The position numbers were made by a program, and so were the translations under genes. A stretch of 64,000 bases of DNA, from IMG/VR virus record IMGVR_UViG_3300014000_000001, positions 96,001 through 160,000 of that record; one strand, written 5' to 3'. Below, one piece after another: positions 10,159 to 18,726 of this stretch; within the stretch, counting starts at the first letter, position 1, and each line of letters begins with the position of its first letter. The DNA comes from a virus. Lineage: Duplodnaviria; Caudoviricetes. The notes beneath the pieces were generated by a model that was not told the DNA's origin, searched no databases, and was given only the letters and a program-made list of their open reading frames with translations.

Positions 10159-10282
10159 AATTTTTCTCTGTCGGTATTTATTTACTTCATATCATTTATT
10201 ATATAGAGGATAAGCATCATTTTGATGTTTGCCATAAGTGTGGATATGTTGCCGTTAATCCTTAATTTAAAAGAAATTTGGA

Positions 10283-10301
10283 TTATACATTATCTAAGTG
10301 A
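10283..10301 (+). promoter_or_regulatory. putative early promoter, copy 2 (chimallin)
   Basis: TTATACATTATCTAAGTGA. Confidence 0.7.
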
Positions 10302-10366
10302 ATATCGGACAGTATATTCAATTAACATGTTAATTGTAAGTAAAAATCTTTAAAGAGGTAATAAAA

Positions 10367-12334
10367 ATGGGTATGACTCAAATCGGCGGTGGTTCAAATA
10401 ACAACGACCGCAAAAATGATCGCGATAACAACAACTACGGTAATGACCGTGGTCGTGAGCGTTCTCAAGAAGATCGCGATCGTGCTGATCTTCGCGGCGC
10501 AAGTCAGAGCTTGCGCCAAACAGCAGCTAACCCATTCGGTACGGCTGTTTCAACTTCGCGCTCTCTAGGAGCACTCAACAACTACACTTCAAACTACGTT
10601 GCTGCAAAAACCCGTGGTAAATCAATCGATATGAAAACCTTCGTGGTTGAAGAAGGGGTTGCAGTTCCATCGGTAGTGATTGCAGCGATTGCAAGCAAAG
10701 ACAATCAAAAGTTTGTTATTTCGCACGCAATCATGTTGGTGAACAACGCCCAACCACCTGCTCCTTTATTGGATCAAAACATCCAAGGCATCATGTACCG
10801 TGACAACACCACATGGGCAGATGCTTACGATGATAAATACCAAGCTGCAATCATCGAAGTGGTTGAGCGTGATTTAGCGGAAAAGGTGGAATTCATTTCA
10901 GCAGGTGCGACTGCTGTAGATTATACCTTTATTCCAACTGAAAAGTTGTTGAATGAAAACAACTTCCAATCATTACAGTTGGACAACTTGATCTTAAACG
11001 TAATGAGTGGTATTGAAGCAGTTCGTGCAATCGAATCTGACGATACATCTCGTGACATTAAACCATCTAACTCAAACCTAGATGCACAAATCGTTGCTGA
11101 TGTATCATTACAACCATCAACTTCAACTCAGCCAAACGGTGATCCATTGGCAGAAGACTTCTTGATTAAGTTGTCAGAAGTACCGAATGATCGTCGCGAT
11201 CGTAAGCGTAACGAACCACGTTCATTAAACCAAACAGGTGAAAGCAACAACCGAGCTTATGGTGCGGTATCGGGCCGTATTGATTTTAAATATGTAGAAC
11301 CAGTTCAAGTAGCTCGTGGATGGCGTCCACAACCAGGTGATTCAGCTTGCTTTATCCCTGAGTTCATTATCGCTGGTTTCGATGTATTGGATATGCAACC
11401 AAGCTTAACACTGATGTTGCAATTGATTGCATCCGTTGGTATCTTGGATTCTCGTAATCCTCCGTTTTATCTTGATGCATTCTTACCTGCTAACTTAACC
11501 AATAACAGTTCTCGTAACTTAGGTGCGTTGCAGGCGGAAATGCAAGATCCTGAAAATGGTCAACGTTTGGAACGTCTGGAGTTAAAACCATCAACAGACA
11601 TGATCACTTTCCAAAAGTTCGTGACTGCCGCGATTCAGGAAAAAGTATCTATTGCAATCGAAATCCCAACTCAAGGTCCATTGGTTGGTTTGTTAAACAC
11701 CTTCGATCAAGCAGTAGATTACAATGGTCGTGAAGGTACTGAAGCCGCTTACTTCAATGGTTTAATTGTTGAAGCTGCTGATGTATTGACTGAAGGTGCA
11801 TTCAGTGACATGTGGACTCCTGGTACACCAGTAATGTTACGTAAACGTGCAATCATTCCAACTGGTTACTGGATTGATGGTCAACAAAACAAACGTGATT
11901 CACGTGAGTTTGGTTACCTTTACTATGCGAATGTGGATAACCCACAAGAAGCTTATGAGCTTTCAGTACAGTACGATAAGTCATTCGACATTGATGATCA
12001 ATTGATTGCAGCCGCTGAACGTCGTCGTTTAATCGAAGATGTACAAGGTAGCAATTTCGTACAAACTGATAACGTAAGCCGCGTGTATTTCAATCCAGAA
12101 TTCTTCGCATGTTTGCTTGATGCGATGAACAGCTCAGGCATGGCGCCAGCAATTGGTAACGCAGCTTATGCTGGTCGTGGTCAATCTCGTCGTCGTGTGG
12201 ATGACAGCAACTACCTTGACAGTGGTCGTCTGGAAAACTCTTACCAACGTTACAACGGTAATAGCCGTGATGATCGTGGTTACAACTATAACTCACGTGG
12301 TTACGGTGCTTCACGTAACTGGCGTATTCGTTAA
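10367..12334 (+). CDS. chmA: chimallin, major phage nuclear shell protein (phiKZ gp54-like)
   Basis: 655 aa, directly upstream of nvRNAP beta-prime; chimallin-type segments (IPTGYW.D...KRDSREFGYL, RVYFNPEF..CL..AM..SG); disordered N- and C-tails; highly expressed codon bias; own promoter and terminator. Confidence 0.85.
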   Translation: MGMTQIGGGSNNNDRKNDRDNNNYGNDRGRERSQEDRDRADLRGASQSLRQTAANPFGTAVSTSRSLGALNNYTSNYVAAKTRGKSIDMKTFVVEEGVAVPSVVIAAIASKDNQKFVISHAIMLVNNAQPPAPLLDQNIQGIMYRDNTTWADAYDDKYQAAIIEVVERDLAEKVEFISAGATAVDYTFIPTEKLLNENNFQSLQLDNLILNVMSGIEAVRAIESDDTSRDIKPSNSNLDAQIVADVSLQPSTSTQPNGDPLAEDFLIKLSEVPNDRRDRKRNEPRSLNQTGESNNRAYGAVSGRIDFKYVEPVQVARGWRPQPGDSACFIPEFIIAGFDVLDMQPSLTLMLQLIASVGILDSRNPPFYLDAFLPANLTNNSSRNLGALQAEMQDPENGQRLERLELKPSTDMITFQKFVTAAIQEKVSIAIEIPTQGPLVGLLNTFDQAVDYNGREGTEAAYFNGLIVEAADVLTEGAFSDMWTPGTPVMLRKRAIIPTGYWIDGQQNKRDSREFGYLYYANVDNPQEAYELSVQYDKSFDIDDQLIAAAERRRLIEDVQGSNFVQTDNVSRVYFNPEFFACLLDAMNSSGMAPAIGNAAYAGRGQSRRRVDDSNYLDSGRLENSYQRYNGNSRDDRGYNYNSRGYGASRNWRIR

Positions 12335-12351
12335 TACATAAGACATAATTT

Positions 12352-12383
12352 AAAGAAAGGAGCCTAGGCTCCTTTCTTTTTTC
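12352..12383 (+). terminator. terminator, perfect 28-bp palindrome
   Basis: AAAGAAAGGAGCCTAGGCTCCTTTCTTT plus T tract. Confidence 0.85.
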
Positions 12384-12411
12384 TATAAACTTTTTACCTG
12401 TGGAGTGATCA

Positions 12412-13687
12412 ATGTTTCAACGACATATCGATCCAGACTATCCTAATTTCACCTATGACCCAGCAGTTGTGGTGGCTTTAGATAACTTGGATGATTACTT
12501 TAAAGAGGACTCATCGGAACGCGAAGTGTTTATCGCAAACGACTTTCAGGTGGATACGGAAGACAAACGTGAACATCTTGTAGATATGTTAACCAAAACA
12601 TATAGTCGTGAATTTCTTGATGAACCAATCAATGGTGCAAATTCCTTGTTTGAGAAAGTTGCTCCGTCAATGTGGATACGTCCAGTGGGTAATGGTAAAT
12701 TTGTTCAACCTAAGTTTCTATCCATGCTCACTAAAGCACTCACTCGTGATCGAGTGAATATGGTGCAATATGCGATGGACCCAAGTTATAAACTACCCAT
12801 TACTAAAACTCCATCTGGATTACTTAAAACATTCTTAGATGCTGGGTTCCCACGTGGAATGAAAGCATTCCATGATCATTTCGATGAAATCATGGATATC
12901 CTAATCATGAATCAATATCGTAAGCGTGAAGCTCGTCGTAATGCAATAGGTGAAGGGCGTAGAACCTCTGCTCGTAACACGATGGATTACATTGCGATGT
13001 GTATTGAGAAATACCGAGATTCAATCTTTTGTGAACATTTACCTGTGCCGTCTAATCAGGTATTTATCATGGAAAAGCGTGGAAAGAATAAAGTCTCTGA
13101 AGTACCACTTATGCAGTACGCGTTTGATGCGGTACATACGGTGACTTCTATTTCATCACGTATCCGTGGTGTGTCTCCACGTGAAGCAGATCGACTTGAT
13201 TATAAAGTCAATGATCTGATGAGTGAGTTCTACGAGAAATACTCTCAAAATTATCTTACTTCTAAACCTGGAGTGTTCCGTAAAAACAGTTATGGTACTT
13301 CATCGTCGTTTAATGCACGAGCAGTAATTGTATCTCGTCAAGGGATTCAAAACTACGATGAGATCATCATCCCTTATTCATTAGGATTTAAAATATTCGA
13401 ACACCATATTGCGAAAATCTATATTGATGATAAGCAGTTTAGCCCAATTGATATTTTTGAAATGCGTGCTGAATATGCAAAACAGTTTAATAAAGGTATT
13501 CATAATGTGATGAACACCCTAGTCAGTGATTTCTGGGGTGGACGTGGATGGCCGAATAACTTCTTACGCCATCCATATTTATCAAAATTATCCTCTCAGT
13601 TCTTCTACATTCCAGAAGTAGGAACTGACCCTTTAGATACCACGATACAATTATCCCCAATGGTATTAAAAGGTCCCAACGCAGACT
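12412..13687 (+). CDS. nvRNAP beta-prime N-terminal subunit (phiKZ gp55-like), exon 1
   Basis: SKPGVFRKNSYG, NARAVIVS, LRHPYL, LKGPNAD; the exon ends GAC-T in the middle of NADFDGD. Confidence 0.9.
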
Positions 13688-14079
13688 CAACCATTTCGTT
13701 CAAATGTCGGGGTCCTTATCATGGTAACATGGTTCGAAAAACTTCGTTAATTGCTGGAACGTACCCTAAAGCCGCTTAGCTAGTATTAGCGTCGAAAGAC
13801 AGAAACAATAAAGCGGATGGTCTAAGCTTAAATGAAAGCTTATCTGTTTAGATAGGTGCTAAGGATCGTGTTTAATGGGCAATCAGCAGCCACGTTTGCA
13901 TAGGCTTCAAAAGAGTAATGGAAACAGGTTCGACGGTCGTGAGGGTTGCGCCTCTTAGCCGATTCATGGATGAACGGTGAAAATGAAGCGTCCTAGGATA
14001 AGTCCCACAAGGATAATGTTAGGATGGTGGTATGACCTATAGATTCTCGAAAGAGATGAACAAAAGGAACATTTAGTTT

Positions 14080-14106
14080 TAAAGATTACATAAAGTGTGG
14101 TTCAGT
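14080..14106 (+). repeat. left arm of a perfect 27-bp long-range inverted repeat
   Basis: TAAAGATTACATAAAGTGTGGTTCAGT is the exact reverse complement of 16028-16054. Confidence 0.95.
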
Positions 14107-14122
14107 AATGTGGAGAAAAAAG

Positions 14123-14881
14123 ATGTTAACCATTCTCGAACATATGGACTACGAACACCCAAACCCTGCAGTTATTAGCCATACTCAGGGTCGTTATGTC
14201 TTAGACAAAGACACTAAAATTGTCTATGATAACTATCTGAAAAAAGAAATTAATCCTGATCCGGATAGTGGGTTATATCCGATTAACGTCCTTGAACAAT
14301 ATAACATGACATACTGGGAATTATACATGTTGTCGTTCAAGGCAAATCATATCCCCACTCACGATTTCTTAAAAGCTCTAGGAAATGGCGCTATATTTGC
14401 TTATGTAGCACACCCCACTATCGATGCGGACGAGTTATCGATAGATCAGAATATACCTAGTCGGGATTTATCCTGGTTCATCGATGTGAAATGTTCAAAT
14501 ATAGCTGGAGCCCGGTATATTCCGACGTTTACTCGTTATGTGATGGATAACGATTTTAATATTTATCAATTAGGTGATGGGTCTTTTAAAAAGATTAATG
14601 AACCAATCCCTTGGGAAGCTGAAAATGTGGAGGAACAGCTTAATGATATAATTGTATTTCTTCAGAGAGATGATAATGTTTGGGAAGAAGTTTATTGGAT
14701 TGACCTTGTTGGGATAATGTTTCTAGAACCCAAAGATGATCCAATATTTGTAGATCATCTATTTACATCAAGACAGTATATATTTAATCAAATACCTCTG
14801 AAATTAGAAGATGTCGAAAGCGGTGATTGGTTATCACAAAATATCGATATGATTTTAGATGAAAGAGACGATGAGGATTAA
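14123..14881 (+). CDS. intron ORF1: degenerate, apparently nuclease-dead paralog of the adjacent HNH endonuclease
   Basis: GGAG RBS before ATG 14123 (track start 14108); YMLSFKANHIPTHDFLKAL ~ WMLTHKPLNIPAWDFIRAW; RYIPTFTRYV ~ YYIPGYTNYV; FVDHL lacks the GN..N..NL residues. Confidence 0.75.
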   Translation: MLTILEHMDYEHPNPAVISHTQGRYVLDKDTKIVYDNYLKKEINPDPDSGLYPINVLEQYNMTYWELYMLSFKANHIPTHDFLKALGNGAIFAYVAHPTIDADELSIDQNIPSRDLSWFIDVKCSNIAGARYIPTFTRYVMDNDFNIYQLGDGSFKKINEPIPWEAENVEEQLNDIIVFLQRDDNVWEEVYWIDLVGIMFLEPKDDPIFVDHLFTSRQYIFNQIPLKLEDVESGDWLSQNIDMILDERDDED

Positions 14882-14883
14882 AT

Positions 14884-16017
14884 ATGTCTAGCAAAAACAC
14901 TAACCGACCAATTCATCGCTGGCACCACAAAAACAAAGCGATATCCTATACTTTAAACCGTTTTGAATATGATCGATTGTTAGGTGTTGTAACAGATGTC
15001 GCCAATGGAGATATTATTCAGTTAATTGATGGGTATTTTCATTTAAATGATTTTATCTTTAATAAATTGACTGAAGCCGAAGCCTGGATGTTAACTCATA
15101 AACCCTTAAACATACCTGCTTGGGATTTTATCAGGGCTTGGAAGAATAACGAAATTAAGATCATAGGTAATTCAAGAAACCCTTCTAAAGATACTACGTT
15201 CTGGAAGTTTAAAATAGAATCTAGCTATTATCCTGGTTTCTATTACATTCCTGGTTACACGAACTACGTTGTTAACGAGAGTGGTCGAGTTATATCATTA
15301 TTTAAAGGGATTGAATTACGATTTCATTCTAACGGTGATGGTTATCTAACAGCGAATATGGTTTCGGATGACTCATTGAACGGCGTAGTTCCTATCCACC
15401 CGTTAGTTGCTTTTACTTTTAAGGATTGGAGTTTAGAGGATGTTATCAATAATGAAATAGATCATATTGATGGTAATACTGAAAATACTCATGAAAGTAA
15501 TTTAGAATTCGTATCTCAAGCAGAAAATATTAAGAGGATAGCTAGAAATAACTACTACGGTAAGAGAACTCACCATTGCGATATCTATTATCGGGATCTT
15601 AAAACAGGAGAAAAAGGTATTGTTAAAACCCAACGAGAACTAGCTAACCGAATTAGTGATTTAGGTGCGAGTACGATACAGAACCATCTAAGTAAATCCA
15701 AACCCAACGCGACCCTAAAGTCAAGATATGTAATCGCATATGTGAAAGATGAATCAGATATACAATACCTAGATGGTTTAGATGCTAAGTATTTTGATCT
15801 GCGTTCTGGTTCCCAGGCTAGAGCGACGCTGATAAAGAATATAAGCACTGGTGAAATCAAGCGTTTCGATAAAATGAGAGATGCTTTTAATTACATCAGT
15901 AGTATTATTAATATTACATTTAAACCATTTAGTGATAGGTTGGCGAAAGGTATTCAAAAAGATTTTGATGGTTATATCTTTAAATACGAAGATATAACAG
16001 ACGATTGGATTTTATAA
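14884..16017 (+). CDS. intron ORF2: NUMOD4-HNH homing endonuclease with C-terminal NUMOD1-like repeats
   Basis: IPGYTNYVVNESGRV (NUMOD4-like); IHPLVA..F...EIDHIDGNTENTHESNLEFVSQAEN (HNH); two (D/N)xxTGE repeats. Confidence 0.9.
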   Translation: MSSKNTNRPIHRWHHKNKAISYTLNRFEYDRLLGVVTDVANGDIIQLIDGYFHLNDFIFNKLTEAEAWMLTHKPLNIPAWDFIRAWKNNEIKIIGNSRNPSKDTTFWKFKIESSYYPGFYYIPGYTNYVVNESGRVISLFKGIELRFHSNGDGYLTANMVSDDSLNGVVPIHPLVAFTFKDWSLEDVINNEIDHIDGNTENTHESNLEFVSQAENIKRIARNNYYGKRTHHCDIYYRDLKTGEKGIVKTQRELANRISDLGASTIQNHLSKSKPNATLKSRYVIAYVKDESDIQYLDGLDAKYFDLRSGSQARATLIKNISTGEIKRFDKMRDAFNYISSIINITFKPFSDRLAKGIQKDFDGYIFKYEDITDDWIL

Positions 16018-16027
16018 CTATAAACCA

Positions 16028-16054
16028 ACTGAACCACACTTTATGTAATCTTTA
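16028..16054 (+). repeat. right arm of the 27-bp long-range inverted repeat
   Basis: ACTGAACCACACTTTATGTAATCTTTA. Confidence 0.95.
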
Positions 16055-16118
16055 GGCTAAAAAGATTTAAACTGTTCTTATGATTAGATACAAACTAATC
16101 ACTTAGGATACAAACCGG

Positions 16119-16303
16119 TCGACGGAGATGAGATGGTCTTGTCTCTTCATTTAGATAAATACACAGCAGATCTGTGGAGTTCAACTCGTCCTTCCGAGGG
16201 CGCATTGGATCAAAACAAAGCATTATCGTATTCAGGAGATTTAGATCTCTCTAAACCGATGATCCTTCAATTCTATCGATACCTAAGTCTCGATAAGAAG
16301 TAA
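16119..16303 (+). CDS. nvRNAP beta-prime subunit, exon 2 (spliced product 486 aa)
   Basis: TC-GAC-GGA-GAT-GAG-ATG... reads (F)DGDEMVLSLHLDKYTADLWSSTRPSEG...YLSLDKK*; not in the ORF track. Confidence 0.92.
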
Positions 16304-16325
16304 ATTTAATAATCTAGAGGTTAAA

Positions 16326-16961
16326 ATGAGAATCATTGAATTAGATGACGATTCAGATCGTGCATTAATCAGTGGTTATGTGGCACGAGAGGAAACCAGG
16401 CAGCGATTTGATCGTGATCGGGAGAACTTTCGAGAACGAGTAGGTCGTTACCGCGGTCGAGAATATCTTGACCGTTTTAGTGATTTCTCACGTTCGTTAG
16501 ATATTGATTACTTAGCCAGACGATCAATTGCAATTGGTCGTAAAATGCAATCTACATTTCGTGATGATACTATTTACGATATGCATACGGTTGCTGATTT
16601 CCAACATGCGTCTTCAAGAATGCAAAACTATATGTTGGCTGATTTAGAACTCAATTATCGTGCACGTAACCAACGAATGCAGGCTTGGTCTCGTCCAGTT
16701 GCTGATTACGCCTATCAGGAGAATGAAGATCCTAGAAATAATCCATATTATCGTGCGATGAATGATGGATACTTAAGAGTGTGTGAGGATGATAATAAGT
16801 CCATGTACGCTGAGAGTTTCCTAGGTCAAACTGAGCGAGATATGGACATCTTAAGTCATGATGAGAAGATGAGCTTACATCGTTCCGCTGCATTGCTTAA
16901 AGATCTTCTAGGTGAATACGGAGCAGAAGATCCAACATCTCCAGAAAACAATAGCCTTTAA
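16326..16961 (+). CDS. conserved Chimalliviridae protein (phiKZ gp59 / Imp3 position)
   Basis: 211 aa, AGAGGT RBS, C-terminal EDPTSPENNSL; synteny. Confidence 0.6.
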   Translation: MRIIELDDDSDRALISGYVAREETRQRFDRDRENFRERVGRYRGREYLDRFSDFSRSLDIDYLARRSIAIGRKMQSTFRDDTIYDMHTVADFQHASSRMQNYMLADLELNYRARNQRMQAWSRPVADYAYQENEDPRNNPYYRAMNDGYLRVCEDDNKSMYAESFLGQTERDMDILSHDEKMSLHRSAALLKDLLGEYGAEDPTSPENNSL

Positions 16962-16968
16962 TATATAA

Positions 16969-16999
16969 GTGAGCACTTCGGTGCTCATTTTTTATTTTT
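16969..16999 (+). terminator. terminator with cUUCGg tetraloop
   Basis: GTGAGCAC-TTCG-GTGCTCAT plus T tract. Confidence 0.85.
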
Positions 17000-17015
17000 A
17001 TTTATAGAGGTAATT

Positions 17016-17294
17016 ATGTTGGCGCTACCTAGAATTGTTTGTGCTGCAGTAATGAATAAAGATGGAATTATTATTCCATCTCCTAGGCATTTTGATGAAA
17101 CCTTCTGGAAACTCTTTGAAAGAATGGGATTGAAAGAAGAAGACAACCATGAATGGATTCAGGGGTTTATTGATCAGTTTGGTAAATTCTTTGATCGTGA
17201 AGAAGCTTTGATTATTGCAAAGCGAGAAAACCAAATTTATCGTGAATCTCCAAATGTTGATACCACTGAATTGTTTAGTGAGAATCTTTATTAA
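17016..17294 (+). CDS. small widespread phage protein of unknown function
   Basis: RIVCAA...QGFIDQFGKFFDREEA..IA...LFSENLY, a pattern recalled from many phages. Confidence 0.75.
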   Translation: MLALPRIVCAAVMNKDGIIIPSPRHFDETFWKLFERMGLKEEDNHEWIQGFIDQFGKFFDREEALIIAKRENQIYRESPNVDTTELFSENLY

Positions 17295-17324
17295 CAATTG
17301 CTATGAATGCAGGAGATTAATAAG

Positions 17325-17717
17325 ATGCCATCCAATCCATATCCTTCCATGGGTCCACAAGGTTATATTTACGATGCAGCGCAAAAGGCAGAATTTATTT
17401 TTGCAGATTACATCGCGGCTAAGAATTCACAAAGTACCTTGTTTTACGGACAAATCCAATCATTGTCCTTTGATGAGTTTAAAGGACAATACGAACCCAT
17501 TCTATCGGGTGAGGTGATTAAAGCTTCTTTAGAGAAGATTTATGATGCGTACTTTGATAGCGTGGATATTCAGGTGAGTGATAACCTCAATGAGGACACA
17601 CAAGTCACCAGAATTGAAATCACAGCAGATCTTAATGATAAAGGGGTTCAGTACCGTTTAAATGAGATCTTATCTGTGAATAACCAACGCATAAAACGAT
17701 TAGCGTCGTTTAACTAG
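17325..17717 (+). CDS. conserved protein (phiKZ gp62 position), possibly gp25/TssE-like baseplate wedge
   Basis: AGGAG RBS before MPSNPYPS; SQSTLFYGQIQSL; the fold is an inference. Confidence 0.55.
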   Translation: MPSNPYPSMGPQGYIYDAAQKAEFIFADYIAAKNSQSTLFYGQIQSLSFDEFKGQYEPILSGEVIKASLEKIYDAYFDSVDIQVSDNLNEDTQVTRIEITADLNDKGVQYRLNEILSVNNQRIKRLASFN

Positions 17718-17729
17718 AGGTCAATAATT

Positions 17730-18020
17730 ATGTCTAAATCAATAGGGTCAGACGATGGTCAAATTGCAATTAAAGTACACGCTGTTAATTTTACCAGTAT
17801 TGCTGATTTAAAACAAGGTGATGTTTACGTAAAGGTATCCCGTGAAGGTTTTGCTGAAATCAAAAACGGAGTGTTAGTAGATATTCCAATTGAACAAGTC
17901 CCGAAACCTTTAGTAGATTGTGCTCTTAGTTTTGAAAACCAACCTGAGAACAATCTTAAGTATCCATATGCTTTATATTTGGAGAGTATCAATGACACAG
18001 CAATCAAACCCAAAATCTAA
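17730..18020 (+). CDS. hypothetical protein
   Basis: 96 aa, AGAGGT RBS. Confidence 0.7.
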   Translation: MSKSIGSDDGQIAIKVHAVNFTSIADLKQGDVYVKVSREGFAEIKNGVLVDIPIEQVPKPLVDCALSFENQPENNLKYPYALYLESINDTAIKPKI

Positions 18021-18678
18021 TTACGATACTGCCCCAGAAGAAAATCTACCACCCAATTCCATTTTGTCTAAGGTGAAGATCTCATCTAAGATCAAACCAC
18101 CACCACATTTAATGCGTATTTTTAATACCTATTTGGAAAATGAAAAGAACTACCCAAATTGTGAAGAAATAGATTTTGCTGAATTTGGAACGAAGTGGTT
18201 ACCGTTATTTAACTATGGCGCACACGACGATCAAAAAGATATTCCAATTATGGATTGGGTGGAACAAGTATCGCTCAATCCATATCGTCCAGTGAAACTC
18301 ATGAATTGGGTAGATGGTCAGTATGTTTGTGTGGCTATCATTCCACCGATCTTTGATAACAATGTTCAGTTATTACGTGAGGATGAGCGAGACTACTTCA
18401 TGCAGTTGGCTACTCGTGAAGCTCATAAGCTTCAAGGTGTTCATCGTACTAGTCAGGCAAATGGATATATTTCACGAAACATCACTGATCGAATCGAAGT
18501 ACGTCGTCGGGTTCTTACTGATCATTTCCACAAAATGAATGAGATCTTTAAACTCTACGGAGTGGAACGTGAAATCCCTCAGTGGCTAGTAGATAATTCA
18601 AATGGCGAATTAGCTCCAGTAGTTAAAGATGAAACCACCCCAAGTACTTTTAGTTCAGGGATGATTGAAGAAGATTAA
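17992..18678 (+). CDS. conserved hypothetical protein (start MTQQ at 17992)
   Basis: GGAG RBS; WLPLF...W.......PYRPV....IPPIF pattern. Confidence 0.7.
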   Translation: MTQQSNPKSNYDTAPEENLPPNSILSKVKISSKIKPPPHLMRIFNTYLENEKNYPNCEEIDFAEFGTKWLPLFNYGAHDDQKDIPIMDWVEQVSLNPYRPVKLMNWVDGQYVCVAIIPPIFDNNVQLLREDERDYFMQLATREAHKLQGVHRTSQANGYISRNITDRIEVRRRVLTDHFHKMNEIFKLYGVEREIPQWLVDNSNGELAPVVKDETTPSTFSSGMIEED

Positions 18679-18726
18679 TCTTTACATATTTTTCTTATCG
18701 TATAGAGATATATGAGATAAAGAATT

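Larger units (their letters stand above)
13688..16118 (+). mobile_element. group I self-splicing intron (2,431 nt) carrying two ORFs
   Basis: 5' splice after U13687, terminal G16118. IGS GUCGGGGUC (13706-14) pairs with exon-1 GACU (P1) and exon-2 UCGAC (P10). P element AAUUGCUGGAA 13749, Q element AAUCAGCAGC 13881, P3 13742-48/13982-88, P7 13935-40/14032-37, P9 UCUC-GAAA-GAGA. Splicing restores NADFDGD. Confidence 0.93.

Noticed and set aside
13688-13779. C-terminal 30 codons of ORF 12412..13779 (STISFKCRGP...)
   Set aside because: This is read-through into the intron's P1-P4 region; the true C-terminus is exon 2.
13780-14070. Structured non-coding stretch as a tRNA or standalone ncRNA
   Set aside because: Fully explained by group I intron core helices; no cloverleaf seen.
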